This document shows, piece by piece, positions 9,904-21,055 of a DNA stretch of 35,263 bases. The notes under the pieces are model-generated. The model did not search any database, was not told the origin of the DNA, and was given only the letters and a program-made list of their open reading frames with translations. Each line of letters begins with the position of its first letter. Position 1 is the stretch's first letter. Source of the DNA: Nemertoderma westbladi. Its lineage: Eukaryota > Animalia > Xenacoelomorpha. Location of the stretch: contig JAUCBJ010000526.1 in the NCBI GenBank assembly GCA_032718475.1, positions 1 through 35,263 on the forward strand, written 5' to 3'. Position numbers and translations under genes: made by a program.

Positions 9904-11120
9904 TCAAATATTCAAATATAATTTTTTTCAAATAATGCCCAATAATGGGCGCACAATAAATAACAAAATTTGTACATGCACATTGGCAAATTTAATATAT
10001 AATTAAATGAAACTCAAAATAGCCAGATCGTAGCTGAAGCTAGTATATGAACAGGCTACTTTGATATGCCCAAGTCCAAGAAATATTAAACTTTTTTTCA
10101 TTACTTGTGAGGTCTTAAATACGGACAGTTTTAAGAGATAAAGAGATAACAGTACAGGGTGTGGCGGGCGGGCCAGGGGGGTGGGAAGAGGAGGGCGTAG
10201 GAGCATGAGATCAAGGTACAAGGGAAAGGGGAAACGAGAGATTGAAAAAAAGAAAACGACTCAAATTGTACGATAATTGTTGTTTAGGTAAACAAAATTT
10301 CAGAGTTACTAAAAGAACTATGACAAAATTCAGAAATAAAATAGAAATAAAACGAATGAAAAATATGCTCATGTTAAATTTTCAAATATATATTTTTTTA
10401 ATTTAGATCGAAATATTGACTTGGATGGGATAGCCCGGATAGAATTTGACAATGAGTTCCATTGAGCAGGTCCTTCATATTTAATTGATCGCTAGGCCAC
10501 CAAAAGCCTTACTTTCGGGACAAAAAAAAGTATTATGATTATTACGAGCTGACCTGGTTCCATATGAGTAAATATTGGATACAGGCTGAAATAAATGTTC
10601 TAGTGATTGAGGACTTTTTTTAATGGAAACAGTATACATAAAAGTTAACAACTGAAAGTAATATAATTAAATAATAAATTAATATAATTTGTCAATTGGA
10701 AGGATCGTAAGCTTTTTGTACAATGGACCTGCGGAGATTCTGTAGTGACTAAAAGTTATAGCCTGCAACAATTTGTTCACTTTTATCTTAAGCGGTCTAA
10801 TAATAGATGGGCAAGCATTTCCCCAGATTAAAAGCCCGTACGAGATGTATGGGTTTATTAAAGAGAAGTACAACGAACGAAGTATATATTCTGGGAAAAT
10901 ATGACGAAGTTTAAAAAATATCCCAATTGATTTGGAGATTTTGGCCAAAACATATTCGACATGAACTTTCCATGATAGTTTACTGTCTATATATATTCAT
11001 AAATACTTGCAATAAATACAATTTTTAATTTCCTTGTCACAGAGTTTTTATACTCAACTGTCTGACTGTGTACTGAATTACTGTATTTGTTGGTTGGCCC
11101 TCGGTTATTTTAATAACCTT
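9904..11120 (-). mobile_element. 5'-truncated CR1-group (L2/Crack-like) LINE
   Basis: IDSKLSWKVHVEY..KISKSIGIFFKLRH..LYFSLINPYISYGLLIWG RT C-terminus, long 3'UTR and a (tatttgaa)2 tail at the left end. Confidence 0.8.
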
Positions 11121-11124
11121 TGTT

Positions 11125-11440
11125 CATGAGTATAAAGAGGAAATACAGAAACGAGTTTAATGCCGAAACTACGACAGTACGAATGAGTTTAACGCGGAAA
11201 CTACGAGCGAGTTTATGCGGATACTACAAGCGAGTTTACGCGGGAATTACGAACGAGTTTACTCAGAAAGTACGAACGAGTTTGCGCAGATACTACGAAT
11301 GAGTATACGCGGATACTGCGAACGAGTTTACGTGGATACTGTGAACGAGTTTACGCGGATACTGAGAACGAGTTTACGCGTATGCTACGTACTAGTTTAC
11401 GCAGATACTACGAGCGAGTATATGTGGAAACTACAAGCAG
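11125..11440. repeat. Degenerate 23-bp tandem repeat, about 12-13 copies
   Basis: Consensus cgagtttacgcggatactacgaa; ends about 30 bp before the ORF1 ATG of LINE copy A. Confidence 0.9.
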
Positions 11441-11468
11441 TGACCTTCCCTTTATGCTGAGAGGAATT

Positions 11469-13308
11469 ATGCCTACTTGCTTTGACTGTAAAGCAAGCTT
11501 TACGAAGCGTGATGCCAACAGTCTATGTACTAAATGTCGAAATAGACGCCTTTCAACTTCAACCCCGCATCACTCCCAACCTAACTCTGCCAGTATCAAA
11601 TTTGGGCCCACACCGGAGACGCGACGGATGTCTACCAGTTCGGTTTACAATGCCCACAATGGATCCGAAATCGCCAGTGATCTAGATGACCCCTATGGCG
11701 ATGAGCGATGTTTTCAGGAAGTTGATGCGTCTGCCCCGCCTTGGGCTCGTAGTATGCTCAAGTCTCAACTTAGAATGGAGAAAGAAATTGCCAATGTGAA
11801 CGCACAGGTGGCTTGTCTAAGTAACAGGATGGTGGTTATTGAGGAGGAGAATAAGATAGCGAGGGTGGAAGTCAGGTCTTTAAAGGCAAACAATGAACAG
11901 CTTTCAAAGAGATTGGAGGATGTGGAACAGGAGAATCTCGATCTTCAAAAAACATGCGCCAACCAGCAACGGTTTTTGTGAATCAGTTGATAGGAATCAG
12001 CACGCACGGAACATTGTGTTTGTTGGAGTATCTGAAGATGAAGCAATTGAAGGAGTTGAGAAAGACGAGGAAAAGATAGGAAAATCCTTGATAAGATTGG
12101 CATCAATCCGGATTTCAGCTTCACACAGCTGCGTTTGGGTGAAAAGATTGCTACAGGTAGTACACCCAGGGCCCTGCTTGTTTGTCTGGGTCAGGCAGCT
12201 CCCAGTCCTAAAGTTATTCTTGAGGCTTCTAGGAAGTTGAAAGAGACTCCCAACTTAGAGTCAGTCTACATAAAGGCAGATCAGCACCCGGGTGTAAGAA
12301 TGGAGATAAACAGGTTTCGAGCTGTTGCACGAGATGCCAACCAACGTCTGGAGAATGTTGGTCAGGAAATTGTTTTTGATCCTAAGGAACGAGCAGTTAA
12401 CGAAATGGGGTTGTTATTGATTCGTATAAGCCAAATTTTTAACTGATTTTAGCGGTATATCACATAAATTATCTTTTATTACATGGAATATTGGCAGTGC
12501 TCGCACCAAATTAGCAGATCCAGACATTATAGCATTTTTCCAAGATTTTGATGTGATTTGTCTGCAGGAAGTTAAAACTTCCTTCATAGGTACCTTACCC
12601 GGTTTCAGAACTGTAAGTAATATTTCCAACAAGAAAGCCCACTGCGGTGGTGTTGCAGTATTTTTTAGAAACAATATATTTGATTCTGTTGTATGTATTG
12701 AATTGAAACATGATTTTGTGTATTTTAAATTCGAATTTTGTATGTATTTTAACTTTTTCTGCGTTTATATTGCACCACAAGGCTCAAGCTATGAAAATCC
12801 TGAGATATGGGCCGACATGCCATGATAATGCTGTATCCAGGTTGCACAATGATATCTCCTGGGAATCATGAAGGACTGTCTGCTCTGGTATCCCACGATC
12901 TGTACCGCAGTATTTGCACTGGGATTACATCCTCAAATGTGGGGATTCCAACTTATTATGGACCAAGATAGACTGGATGGGCAATATCTGTAATGATTCC
13001 CCAAACGGTGGAACCATGCCTTCAGATGACGAGTTCACCAACAAGCACTTCGAGATGCTTCTCTGCCCTAAATCCTCCATCCATACAGCCGATCCAATTA
13101 TAGACACCTGTGGTTTGTCTAATGTGGACATCCTTGACCAGCTGATAAGTGGACCAGAAGTGACGGAGGTATTGAATAACCTTAAAGCAAATAAGGCCCC
13201 TGGGCCAGACCTTCTCCCTTCTTACCACCCCTTCTTTTCAAACTCCTCACCCCAGGCTGGATTTTAAGCTTGGTTACATTGTTTAATATTATTTTTTTTA
13301 CAAACTCC
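11469..13308 (+). mobile_element. LINE copy A (older, degenerate), 5' part: ORF1, APE start and linker
   Basis: MPTCFDC..CTKC, coiled coil, RNIVFVGV and VYIKADQHP ORF1 pieces (frameshifted); ITWNIG..DVICLQE endonuclease; internal deletion; LWTKIDW..KAPGPD..WILSLVTLFNIIFFTNS. Confidence 0.9.
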
Positions 13309-13430
13309 CTGTATCAATCTCCCTGTTCTGACATTGGACCTACCTCCATACCTACCCACCTACAGAGTATTAATTCTGTAGTTGGATAGCCTAAGCCAAT
13401 ACATAATCTGATAATTAATAAAAAAAAAAA

Positions 13431-14364
13431 ATGCCGAGATGCATTGATTGCTGTAATGTATTTTCAAAGTTATCTTGCAACAGTTTATGTTCTAAATGTA
13501 AAGATGCGCGATTGGCAGCACCCCCATCTACTCCAAATCCTCAAACCATGCCGACCTTTGGTATCGATACTTCTACACCGGTCCCAGCCGATCTAACCAC
13601 GAGTACCGGTACCAGCTGCTCAACTAGCACTGTTACTACCGGTAGTCGTTCTCTATCGGATGACGACGCAACACCGGCGTGGGCTATTAAAATCTTGGAT
13701 TCAACCACGAGATTGGAATCCCAACTCCAGTCAGTCCAAACTCAAATGGCCACTCTAAATAACCGGGGTAGAAGCGGAGAATAAGCAACTACGAAAAGAA
13801 CTCGGGGACGTCAGGGTGACCAACATCGGTTTGGAAACCCGGATGAATAAGCTCGAGGAGGAGAATGGATCCCTAAGGCACTGTTGTACGAACCAACAAC
13901 GATTCTCCGAGTCCATCGATAAGAGCATGCGCGCCCGCAACGTAATAGCTCTTGGCGTTCCGGAGAATGAACCATTGGGGGATGCAGAAGATGATCTGGC
14001 AAAAGTTGACCTTATATTCAAGTGCATTAGAAAAGATCGCATCGAGAAGTCGTTTCGGCGTATTGGTGCCTTCAACGTTGCACGGCCAAGGCCAATAATA
14101 ATAACACTTGGTGCGTCTGCACCAGACCGCAAGGAAATCCTCACCAACTCGAAGTTACTTAAGGATATCCCAAGCTGCGAGAAGGTTTATATAAAGCCTG
14201 ACATCCATCCCGCGGTTCGCATGGAATACAAGCGACTCCGTGAAGTTGAGGCGAAGGAGAAGGAAAAAGGGGACAATGCTGGGCGCAACGTCTGTTATGA
14301 TTTCAAAACTCGATCAGTTCTTATTGACGGACAACCAATAGACTCATTTAATCCGGTTTTTTAA
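13431..14364 (+). CDS. LINE ORF1 (C4 zinc finger, coiled coil, RRM-like domain); one frameshift near 13765
   Basis: ORFs 13431-13784 and 13816-14364 are together colinear with copy A ORF1 (PxWA, NQQRF.ES.D, RNV...GV.E, VYIK.D.HP.VRME). Confidence 0.85.
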
Positions 14365-17300
14365 ACTCGCACCGCAAGAACACTTTTACTGAGCTAGGAA
14401 TTTTATCATGGAATATCGGCGGTATCCACGAGAAATATAAACTGTCCACCGTCGAAAATCTCTTTACCAAATACGATATGGTTTTTATCCAGGAGATAAA
14501 ACTGTCATATAATTTCAAGGTTGCCGGTTTCGAGGTATACCGCAGTGTTTTAGGCGGCGATAGCCATCGAGGCGGAACTGCAATACTATTACGCCATAAA
14601 TTTGTATCACCCGGGGTAAAAACCTTTAGGGAGAAGGAGATATGTGGAATCCAACTGCCAGATTTCCCATCCACGATGTTTATATCTGTATATGATCCAC
14701 CTTGCTCATCTCCCTATGCAACCGCAACGACCCTGGCTAAACTGCAATTGATGATAATTAATAGCCCTCCGTGGATGTCTTTCATCATAGCCGGAGATCC
14801 AAACGCAAGGATGGGGGACCTATCCTCGTTTTCCGATCATTTAATCTCATACAGAACACCGCATGATACCCTGTGTAATAGCTACGGAAAGAACTTGTTA
14901 CATTTGTGCAAATCATCAAATCTTGTAAATCTAAGTTATTCGAGTATAGCTGGAAAGCGACACGGCGGGGAACTAACTTTCAGGCGAAAATCAGGTTTTA
15001 TATCAGAGCCTGATCGTTGTCTTGTTAGCAGGGAGATCGTATCAGCGATTACAAAATTCGATGTAATCTTAGATCATTTACCCTCAGATCATGCTCCGTT
15101 GGAAATCTTTATCAAGCTGGTGAATGAAACAAGTACGATTATACTAGAGAAGAGCTCCGACATGTTGGGTTGTTATAACCACATATTATGCAGCGGTAAT
15201 GGCGTCAGGAAATGTAGAAAAGGTATCAAAGCCAACACCCTATGTAAAGAGGGCTTTATAGAAATGTTAGGACCACCAACTCTTGCCGAACAATCCACCT
15301 CAGGGAACAACCCACACATAGACACTCTGATAGAAAGTTTCACCGAGCAAATTTACAAAACTGCCAAATCAAATAAATGTAAAACCCCAATCCTGGCTAA
15401 CAGCACAAACAGACAGTCCTCAGTAGTCCGCCAGTGGACCGAGTTGGCTATTCCTGGCAATGAGGCATCCCTGTGGCATCGAATTGGATGGAAAGGGGAG
15501 CTTACAGAGGGATCGGACATATCCGTCACACCATCTGACACTGAGTTCAAATCACATTTTGAGTCCCTTGGATATACGAATGCGGGAGAGATACAGACCA
15601 ACCTTACTGAAGATTCGCCTTACATCCCAATCTTAGACGATTCGATAACGATAGAAGAGCTCACTTCGGAAATAGACTCCCTCGATGATCGAAAAGCAGC
15701 CAGACCTGATGGAGTCGGATCTGCCGTTTTAAAGTTTCTCTCATATCAGTGGATTTTATTATTATTACATATATTTAATGTTATTTTTAGCAGCGGAACT
15801 TTCCCCACAATGTGGTGTTTTAGTAAACTCGTAGCGATATTTAAGCGAGGATCACGTTCAGCATGTACTAACTACCGAGGTATACGAGTTATAAACACTT
15901 TATTAAAGGTGTTTGACGGAATTTTAGCGAAGCGTCTAATAAAATGGGCGAAACCTTACTGCGAACAAGCAGGGGCACAACGCTCTCGTTCTTGTATTGA
16001 ACATATACTAACACTAAGACTATTAATAGATTATACCTTTTTTATGAAGGAAAAACTATTCCTAGTATTTATCGACCTTAGCTCTGCTTATGATAATGTC
16101 TCCAGATCAAAATTGTTTTCCGTGCTGAAACGCATGGGGTGTGGTAGAATTATGCTTCGTATTTTGATTGCTATGTATTCTAGAACATCTAGTTTTCTGG
16201 GAGATAGTGTCATTCGGTCAGATACGGGTGTTCTACAAGGGTCCCCGAGCAGCTGCTTTCTTTTCGCCATATTTTTGAACCCCCTTATAGCCCTACTACG
16301 GCGCTGTCTACCAGACAGTTTTTTCAAGTGGCTCCACATCCTCATTTTGATGGACGATTCAGTAATCATTGCAACAACACGGGAACGAGCTATTGAAAAA
16401 CTGAAAATTCTGTTGGGTTATTGTGCTGAGTATGGTATGATAATAAATATTAAAAAAACAAAATTTATGGCTGTTGGAAGGTGTACTTTATCGGACAGGA
16501 CGGATATCTGTATTATATCACCGGACAATGAGACATTAATCGTTAAAAATTGTGACTGTTATGTGTACCTGGGGGCTCCCATAACACAGGACGGTAAGTT
16601 GGAAACCGTGTATAATATTCATTTGACCGAAAAATCTAAGCAAATAACCAAATTCTATGGTTTCCTTGATAAACACAACTTTATGCCAGTATGGTTGAAA
16701 TTATATGTATTTAGAGCCACAATAATTTCCAGTTTGTTTTACAGCTGCGAAACCTGGCTTGGGAGTCAGCCTATTGAGATATACTCAAAATATTGCAAGA
16801 TGTTGTGCAGTACAATAGGGGTTCGTCCAAACACAGTGCGTGAAACACTATTCACTGAAACTGGCGAACCAAATCCGAAATCTCTAGTCGAGCACAAACA
16901 GCGAAAATTCCTGATAGGAATTCTAGCTAAACCAGATTTACATGAACCTCTAATTATGGTGCTTGATATGTGCAGGCAGTCCGGGACTAGAATGGCCAAG
17001 ACGATAGACAAGATCGTTGCAGACGACCGGAATCCTTTGCAAGCCGGGCGTACGACTATAAAAACCACAATCGCAAGCGCAACTTCCACGCGAATGTCAA
17101 TATATCGTGAGGTGAACCCGAACCTAGACAAACCGTCAGTCTACAGCTCAGGGTCCATTGTAGATGAGAAATTGAGAATCAGCTGGTCCCGCTTTCGCTT
17201 GACGTCCACAAACCTGGCCGTAGAGCGTGGACGATGGAGCCGTACCGACCGAAACTCGCGAATTTGTGCTTGCGGGGATACCCAGACCGAGCTACACATT

Positions 17301-17441
17301 CTGAAAGATTGTCCTCTTCTAAAGAACGATCGGGATTCCCTTCACCCATTCCGCATAACGTCTCTCAATGACTTGCAAAACCCTCACACAATAGGCTTAG
17401 TACACCGCGCACTATGTGTGCTCGAAGGCCATATTGGCTAA
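14352..17441 (+). CDS. LINE ORF2: APE endonuclease, reverse transcriptase and C-terminal Cys/His motif
   Basis: Open from 14352 (SWNIGG at 14406, first ATG only at 14478); QE, GDPNAR and SDHAP APE motifs; NYRGI, FIDLSSAYD, GVLQG, LMDD and YLG RT motifs; RICACG..HILKDC. Confidence 0.95.
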   Translation, partial: SGFLNSHRKNTFTELGILSWNIGGIHEKYKLSTVENLFTKYDMVFIQEIKLSYNFKVAGFEVYRSVLGGDSHRGGTAILLRHKFVSPGVKTFREKEICGIQLPDFPSTMFISVYDPPCSSPYATATTLAKLQLMIINSPPWMSFIIAGDPNARMGDLSSFSDHLISYRTPHDTLCNSYGKNLLHLCKSSNLVNLSYSSIAGKRHGGELTFRRKSGFISEPDRCLVSREIVSAITKFDVILDHLPSDHAPLEIFIKLVNETSTIILEKSSDMLGCYNHILCSGNGVRKCRKGIKANTLCKEGFIEMLGPPTLAEQSTSGNNPHIDTLIESFTEQIYKTAKSNKCKTPILANSTNRQSSVVRQWTELAIPGNEASLWHRIGWKGELTEGSDISVTPSDTEFKSHFESLGYTNAGEIQTNLTEDSPYIPILDDSITIEELTSEIDSLDDRKAARPDGVGSAVLKFLSYQWILLLLHIFNVIFSSGTFPTMWCFSKLVAIFKRGSRSACTNYRGIRVINTLLKVFDGILAKRLIKWAKPYCEQAGAQRSRSCIEHILTLRLLIDYTFFMKEKLFLVFIDLSSAYDNVSRSKLFSVLKRMGCGRIMLRILIAMYSRTSSFLGDSVIRSDTGVLQGSPSSCFLFAIFLNPLIALLRRCLPDSFFKWLHILILMDDSVIIATTRERAIEKLKILLGYCAEYGMIINIKKTKFMAVGRCTLSDRTDICIISPDNETLIVKNCDCYVYLGAPITQDGKLETVYNIHLTEKSKQITKFYGFLDKHNFMPVWLKLYVFRATIISSLFYSCETWLGSQPIEIYSKYCKMLCSTIGVRPNTVRETLFTETGEPNPKSLVEHKQRKFLIGILAKPDLHEPLIMVLDMCRQSGTRMAKTIDKIVADDRNPLQAGRTTIKTTIASATSTRMSIYREVNPNLDKPSVYSSGSIVDEKLRISWSRFRLTSTNLAVERGRWSRTDRNSRICACGDTQTELHILKDCPLLKNDRDSLHPFRITSLNDLQNPHTIGLVHRALCVLEGHIG

Positions 17442-17822
17442 TATTAATAAGCCAATAAGGTTCTCATATTTATTTATTTAGTTGTATCCATGTATATTTA
17501 GTTATTTAATTATTTATTCTAATCAATGTATCGTACTGTAATGTCTGTTTAACGTTAATTATTGAACCATTCGGTAGTGAATTGCAAATTGTTCAGTGGC
17601 TCGCCGAACTTCGTGGCCCGCCCAACATTGCTTTGCTCATTGTTTTTGAAACGATTAATATTACTGTAACGCTCTGTTTGTATATATTTCATACCTATCT
17701 GTAAATTTCGCGTATATAGTGTAGTACATGTAGACAATCTATTTAAAATCTTGATATCCATTTGAAATTGTATATATTTATATTTATATCTATATATATG
17801 TCAGAAAGTTATTTATTCTAAT

Positions 17823-18339
17823 TTGGCTGTGGGGCGAGCCACGAAGTTGGCGGAGCCTTAGCGAATTGACACTGTTAGGGGGTGGGTCAATTTATGCAAA
17901 TAGTTGTCGTCGTCGTTGTCGTCGTCGTCGTCGTTGTCGTCGTCGTCGTCGTTACGATTTTGACATGCTAATAACTTTGTCGGATTTAAAGCTGCCAAGT
18001 TGAAAATTTGTAGGTATCAATATGAGCAAAAGTTGAGATTTTTGAGAGACTTTCAGACACCATCAGTGCAATGGTCTCCCGCTAGAGGGCCACATGTCTA
18101 AACATTAAATGCCCTCCCATTTCTTTGCTTTTAATCCGTTTAAGCTGAAACTTGGCAGATATGTATTAGACCATTAGCTGTGACTTTCAAAGGAGGCGAA
18201 TCCATCTGCAGTTCTCCAGTCTGCCGCTAGAGGGCCAACGTGACTATTTGCATAAATTGACCTACCCCCTAACAGTGTCAATTCGCTAAGGCTCTGCCAA
18301 CTTCGTGCTGCGCGAAGTCCCCACTTCGTGTACTATTAG
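17823..18339 (+). mobile_element. Helentron/DINE-like non-autonomous element in the LINE 3'UTR
   Basis: 65-bp subterminal inverted repeats (17840-17904 and 18243-18307, 63/65), (GTC)n microsatellite at 17906-17950, 3' hairpin cgaagt-cccc-acttcg, flanked by tattctaat repeats; a related decayed end lies at about 17598-17645. Confidence 0.65.
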
Positions 18340-18510
18340 TATTCTAATACTACAATGTATTGTATGTATGTTAATTTAAGATAGATCAATGCGGTGGACA
18401 GTGTATATATTAACCAGACAATGTAACGGTACCTTCATATATTTTGTGTTCTTGCGGTGCGTCTTTATATGTTGTTACATATACAATGTCAATAAATATC
18501 TAATCTAATC

Positions 18511-18985
18511 TATCCCCTTGAGTGGAGCTACAGTCGGTTAGTAGCAGTACAAGAGAGGTGCTAAGAACCTATGCTCGAACTACAGGGGTGTAAGTGTTCT
18601 CAACACAGTGTTTAAGTTGAATGATAGCATATTATGTAATCGTCTGCGTAAGTGGCAAACCCCCAGTTGTGAGTAGGCCGGTGCCGCACCAGGGAGAGGT
18701 TGTGAGGAGCAGATTTTTACACTCAGACTCTTGATAGACTACGTGATGTGTAAGAAGAAAACCCTCTATATCGTTTTTGTTGATTTTAAAACAGCATATG
18801 ACCGTGTCCCTCGTCTTAAACTCTTCACTCTACTGAAAGAGCGTGGCTGCAGTGGTCAGATGCTTTGTGCCCTTTTTGCTATATATTCCTGTACTGTTGG
18901 GATCATTGGAACAAATTTCATTAAGTCCATTATCGGAGTCCTTCAAGGTTCTACTAGTTCCTGCTTTCTTTTCACCATATTCCTA
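18511..18985 (+). mobile_element. LINE copy A, continuation of RT
   Basis: YPLEWSYSRLVAV, NYRGVSV, QIFTLRLLIDY, FVDFKTAYD and GVLQGSTSSCFLF are colinear with copy B ORF2; contains a stop and a frameshift. Confidence 0.9.
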
Positions 18986-19029
18986 TACTTTTTACTTCTA
19001 AAACAAAACAATCAAAACATATTAACACA

Positions 19030-19148
19030 TATTAACTATTAAATATTAACTATTAAGTATTAACTATTAAGTATTAACTATTAAGTATTAACTATTAAGT
19101 ATTAACTATTAAGTATTAATTATTAAGTATCAACTATTAAGTATTAAC
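19030..19148. repeat. 14-bp tandem repeat (tattaactattaag), about 8 copies
   Basis: Direct reading. Confidence 0.95.
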
Positions 19149-20660
19149 AAGAAAAACGGGAATGAACCTAAAAATCCCCAAAACGGGAATAATCAAGCGT
19201 TTCACTTTTGCCAAGTAAGTGTTGTAAACGAAACGGCGGCCATCGTAATTCAATCTGAAATAACTTTCAGAGTTAATTTTAAGACCTGCATATTGTGGCT
19301 TCAATTTATAATATCCGATGCCCATTAACCCTTTAATAATACTAGATTCTTGGGATTCAACTAACTTCCTCAGGCGGTTTATGGTATCGTCAATGGGTAG
19401 GCCAGGGCTAAAGTCTTTGATGGTTCTATTCAAACTTTTAATTGGCTGATTATATAGCATAAGCCTATCTCGCCATTTTAGAAGTGAAATATTACAGTTC
19501 TTACCAATCACAGGAAAGATAGAATCAACTAGATAGTCCAAAATTCGAGAATCTATACCCTCAGATGTGTACTTCCCAACAACGTCAAACGTATGCGTTA
19601 ACATGTCATCACTTAGAGCCAGGGCACTTACATCCTTCTTTATCTCAGCAATTGTATGTTTTGGAAGACCAATCTCACAAGCGCGAGTATAAATGTTGTC
19701 TAGAATATGCTCTAGTCCCCGGAGATGCTTTGCCTTTGGAAACAAATGCTCAAAAGCGTTAGAAATCGCTTGTTCTCCATCAGTCATGTAATATTGGAGA
19801 TCGGTTTGAAGGATAGTGTCAGCAAGCGGTTGCAACACAAATCCCAGCATGTCCCTTGAAGGGATGAGTCCACCTGGGCCCAAAACTGCAGGGTCTCCTT
19901 CAAAAATTGTTAGCCTGTAACACGTGAAGAAACCCCAACAACAACAACAATATTTGATATGGTAAACACTGTGTCAGCACCGAGTGGAAATGAATGTGGA
20001 GTAGATGTATATATAACAGCCGCTTGAAGTTGTGAATCAGTATAAAGTTGGTACAGAAATTCCCGGTGGCTATATAGAAAATCACGAATGAATTCGTCAC
20101 CAGGGTTCTGCGACGCTTTCATTAAGAATATGTTTATATACGGGTCTAGTTGTTCTTTCATTCGATATTTGTAATTCGAAATGTGTTTATTGGTAATATG
20201 GGACTCAAGACCACCTTCTAAAATAATAGTAGAGTCTCTCTGAACATTGAGCTCAGTGGCAAGAACAGATGGTTTAGTGTGTTTGACTACAGGGTCTGTA
20301 ATGGTCTGCTCCACGCACCCTAGAGCTTCATCATTTAACACATGACGTACCCTCTTTTGTGGAATTAGCTCAATAACAGAAGATGAGTCTTCTTCGTGGC
20401 TGCTTTTCTCATAGACGAGTAACATACGGTCTGCATGTTTTCCTGGAACCGTTACAAAAGTCTTGTATATACCTTCAACACCTGTGCGATATATGTGGCG
20501 AAAAATGTCATGTGTGTCATATTTAATAGTTGGCCCCTTCCTATAGTACCGAAACTCTATTTCTTTTGGGTCATGATCTGTTACGAATGCAAATGGACAT
20601 TCATTGGTTTGCAAGGGATATGTATATGTTTTTACACGATCCCAATTAGATAGTAACAAT
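19137..20660 (-). pseudogene. MULE/Mutator-like transposase, degenerate
   Basis: Two out-of-frame ORFs: LGADTVF (first D), YMTDGEQAISNAF..FPKAKHLRGLEH (second D; CxxH lost its Cys), NQPIKSLNRTIK (catalytic E replaced by K). No TIRs seen. Confidence 0.7.
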
Positions 20661-21055
20661 CGCGCAAGTTCTTTAGTCTTAAATGGTTTGCGTAAATCTT
20701 TGAGAGATATGTAGCGTATTCGTCACTACCTGTTGGGTTATTCCCATAGTCAAGCAATAAATCCTCACCGCTATTCGACATAATATAGTAACTGTATATC
20801 AATATATAATTAGTTAATTAATAAACACAAATGTTGTTATATTTATGATTATACTCAATATTTATTACAATTAAGCATTGGTTTCCAAATTCAATATATA
20901 TTATTATTATTTATGATCAGGTACCGGTACCAGTAAGGCAGAAATAAAACCAATCCCACAATCCTCATTAGTAAAAAGATAGCAGTATATTTTTATTTTA
21001 AATTTCCCGCCACCACATATATGTCAGCACAGATATCATAATATTCTATTATCAT

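Larger units (their letters stand above)
13309..18510 (+). mobile_element. Full-length LINE copy B nested in copy A
   Basis: 122-nt 5'UTR, ORF1, ORF2, 3'UTR with insertions, AATAAA at 18491 and a (ctaat)n tail; the flanks rejoin into a continuous RT reading of copy A. Confidence 0.9.

Noticed and set aside
13755-17131. Antisense ORFs over the LINE, and similar ones over the FReD, MULE and BEL regions
   Set aside because: Shadow frames of real coding sequence with no motifs.
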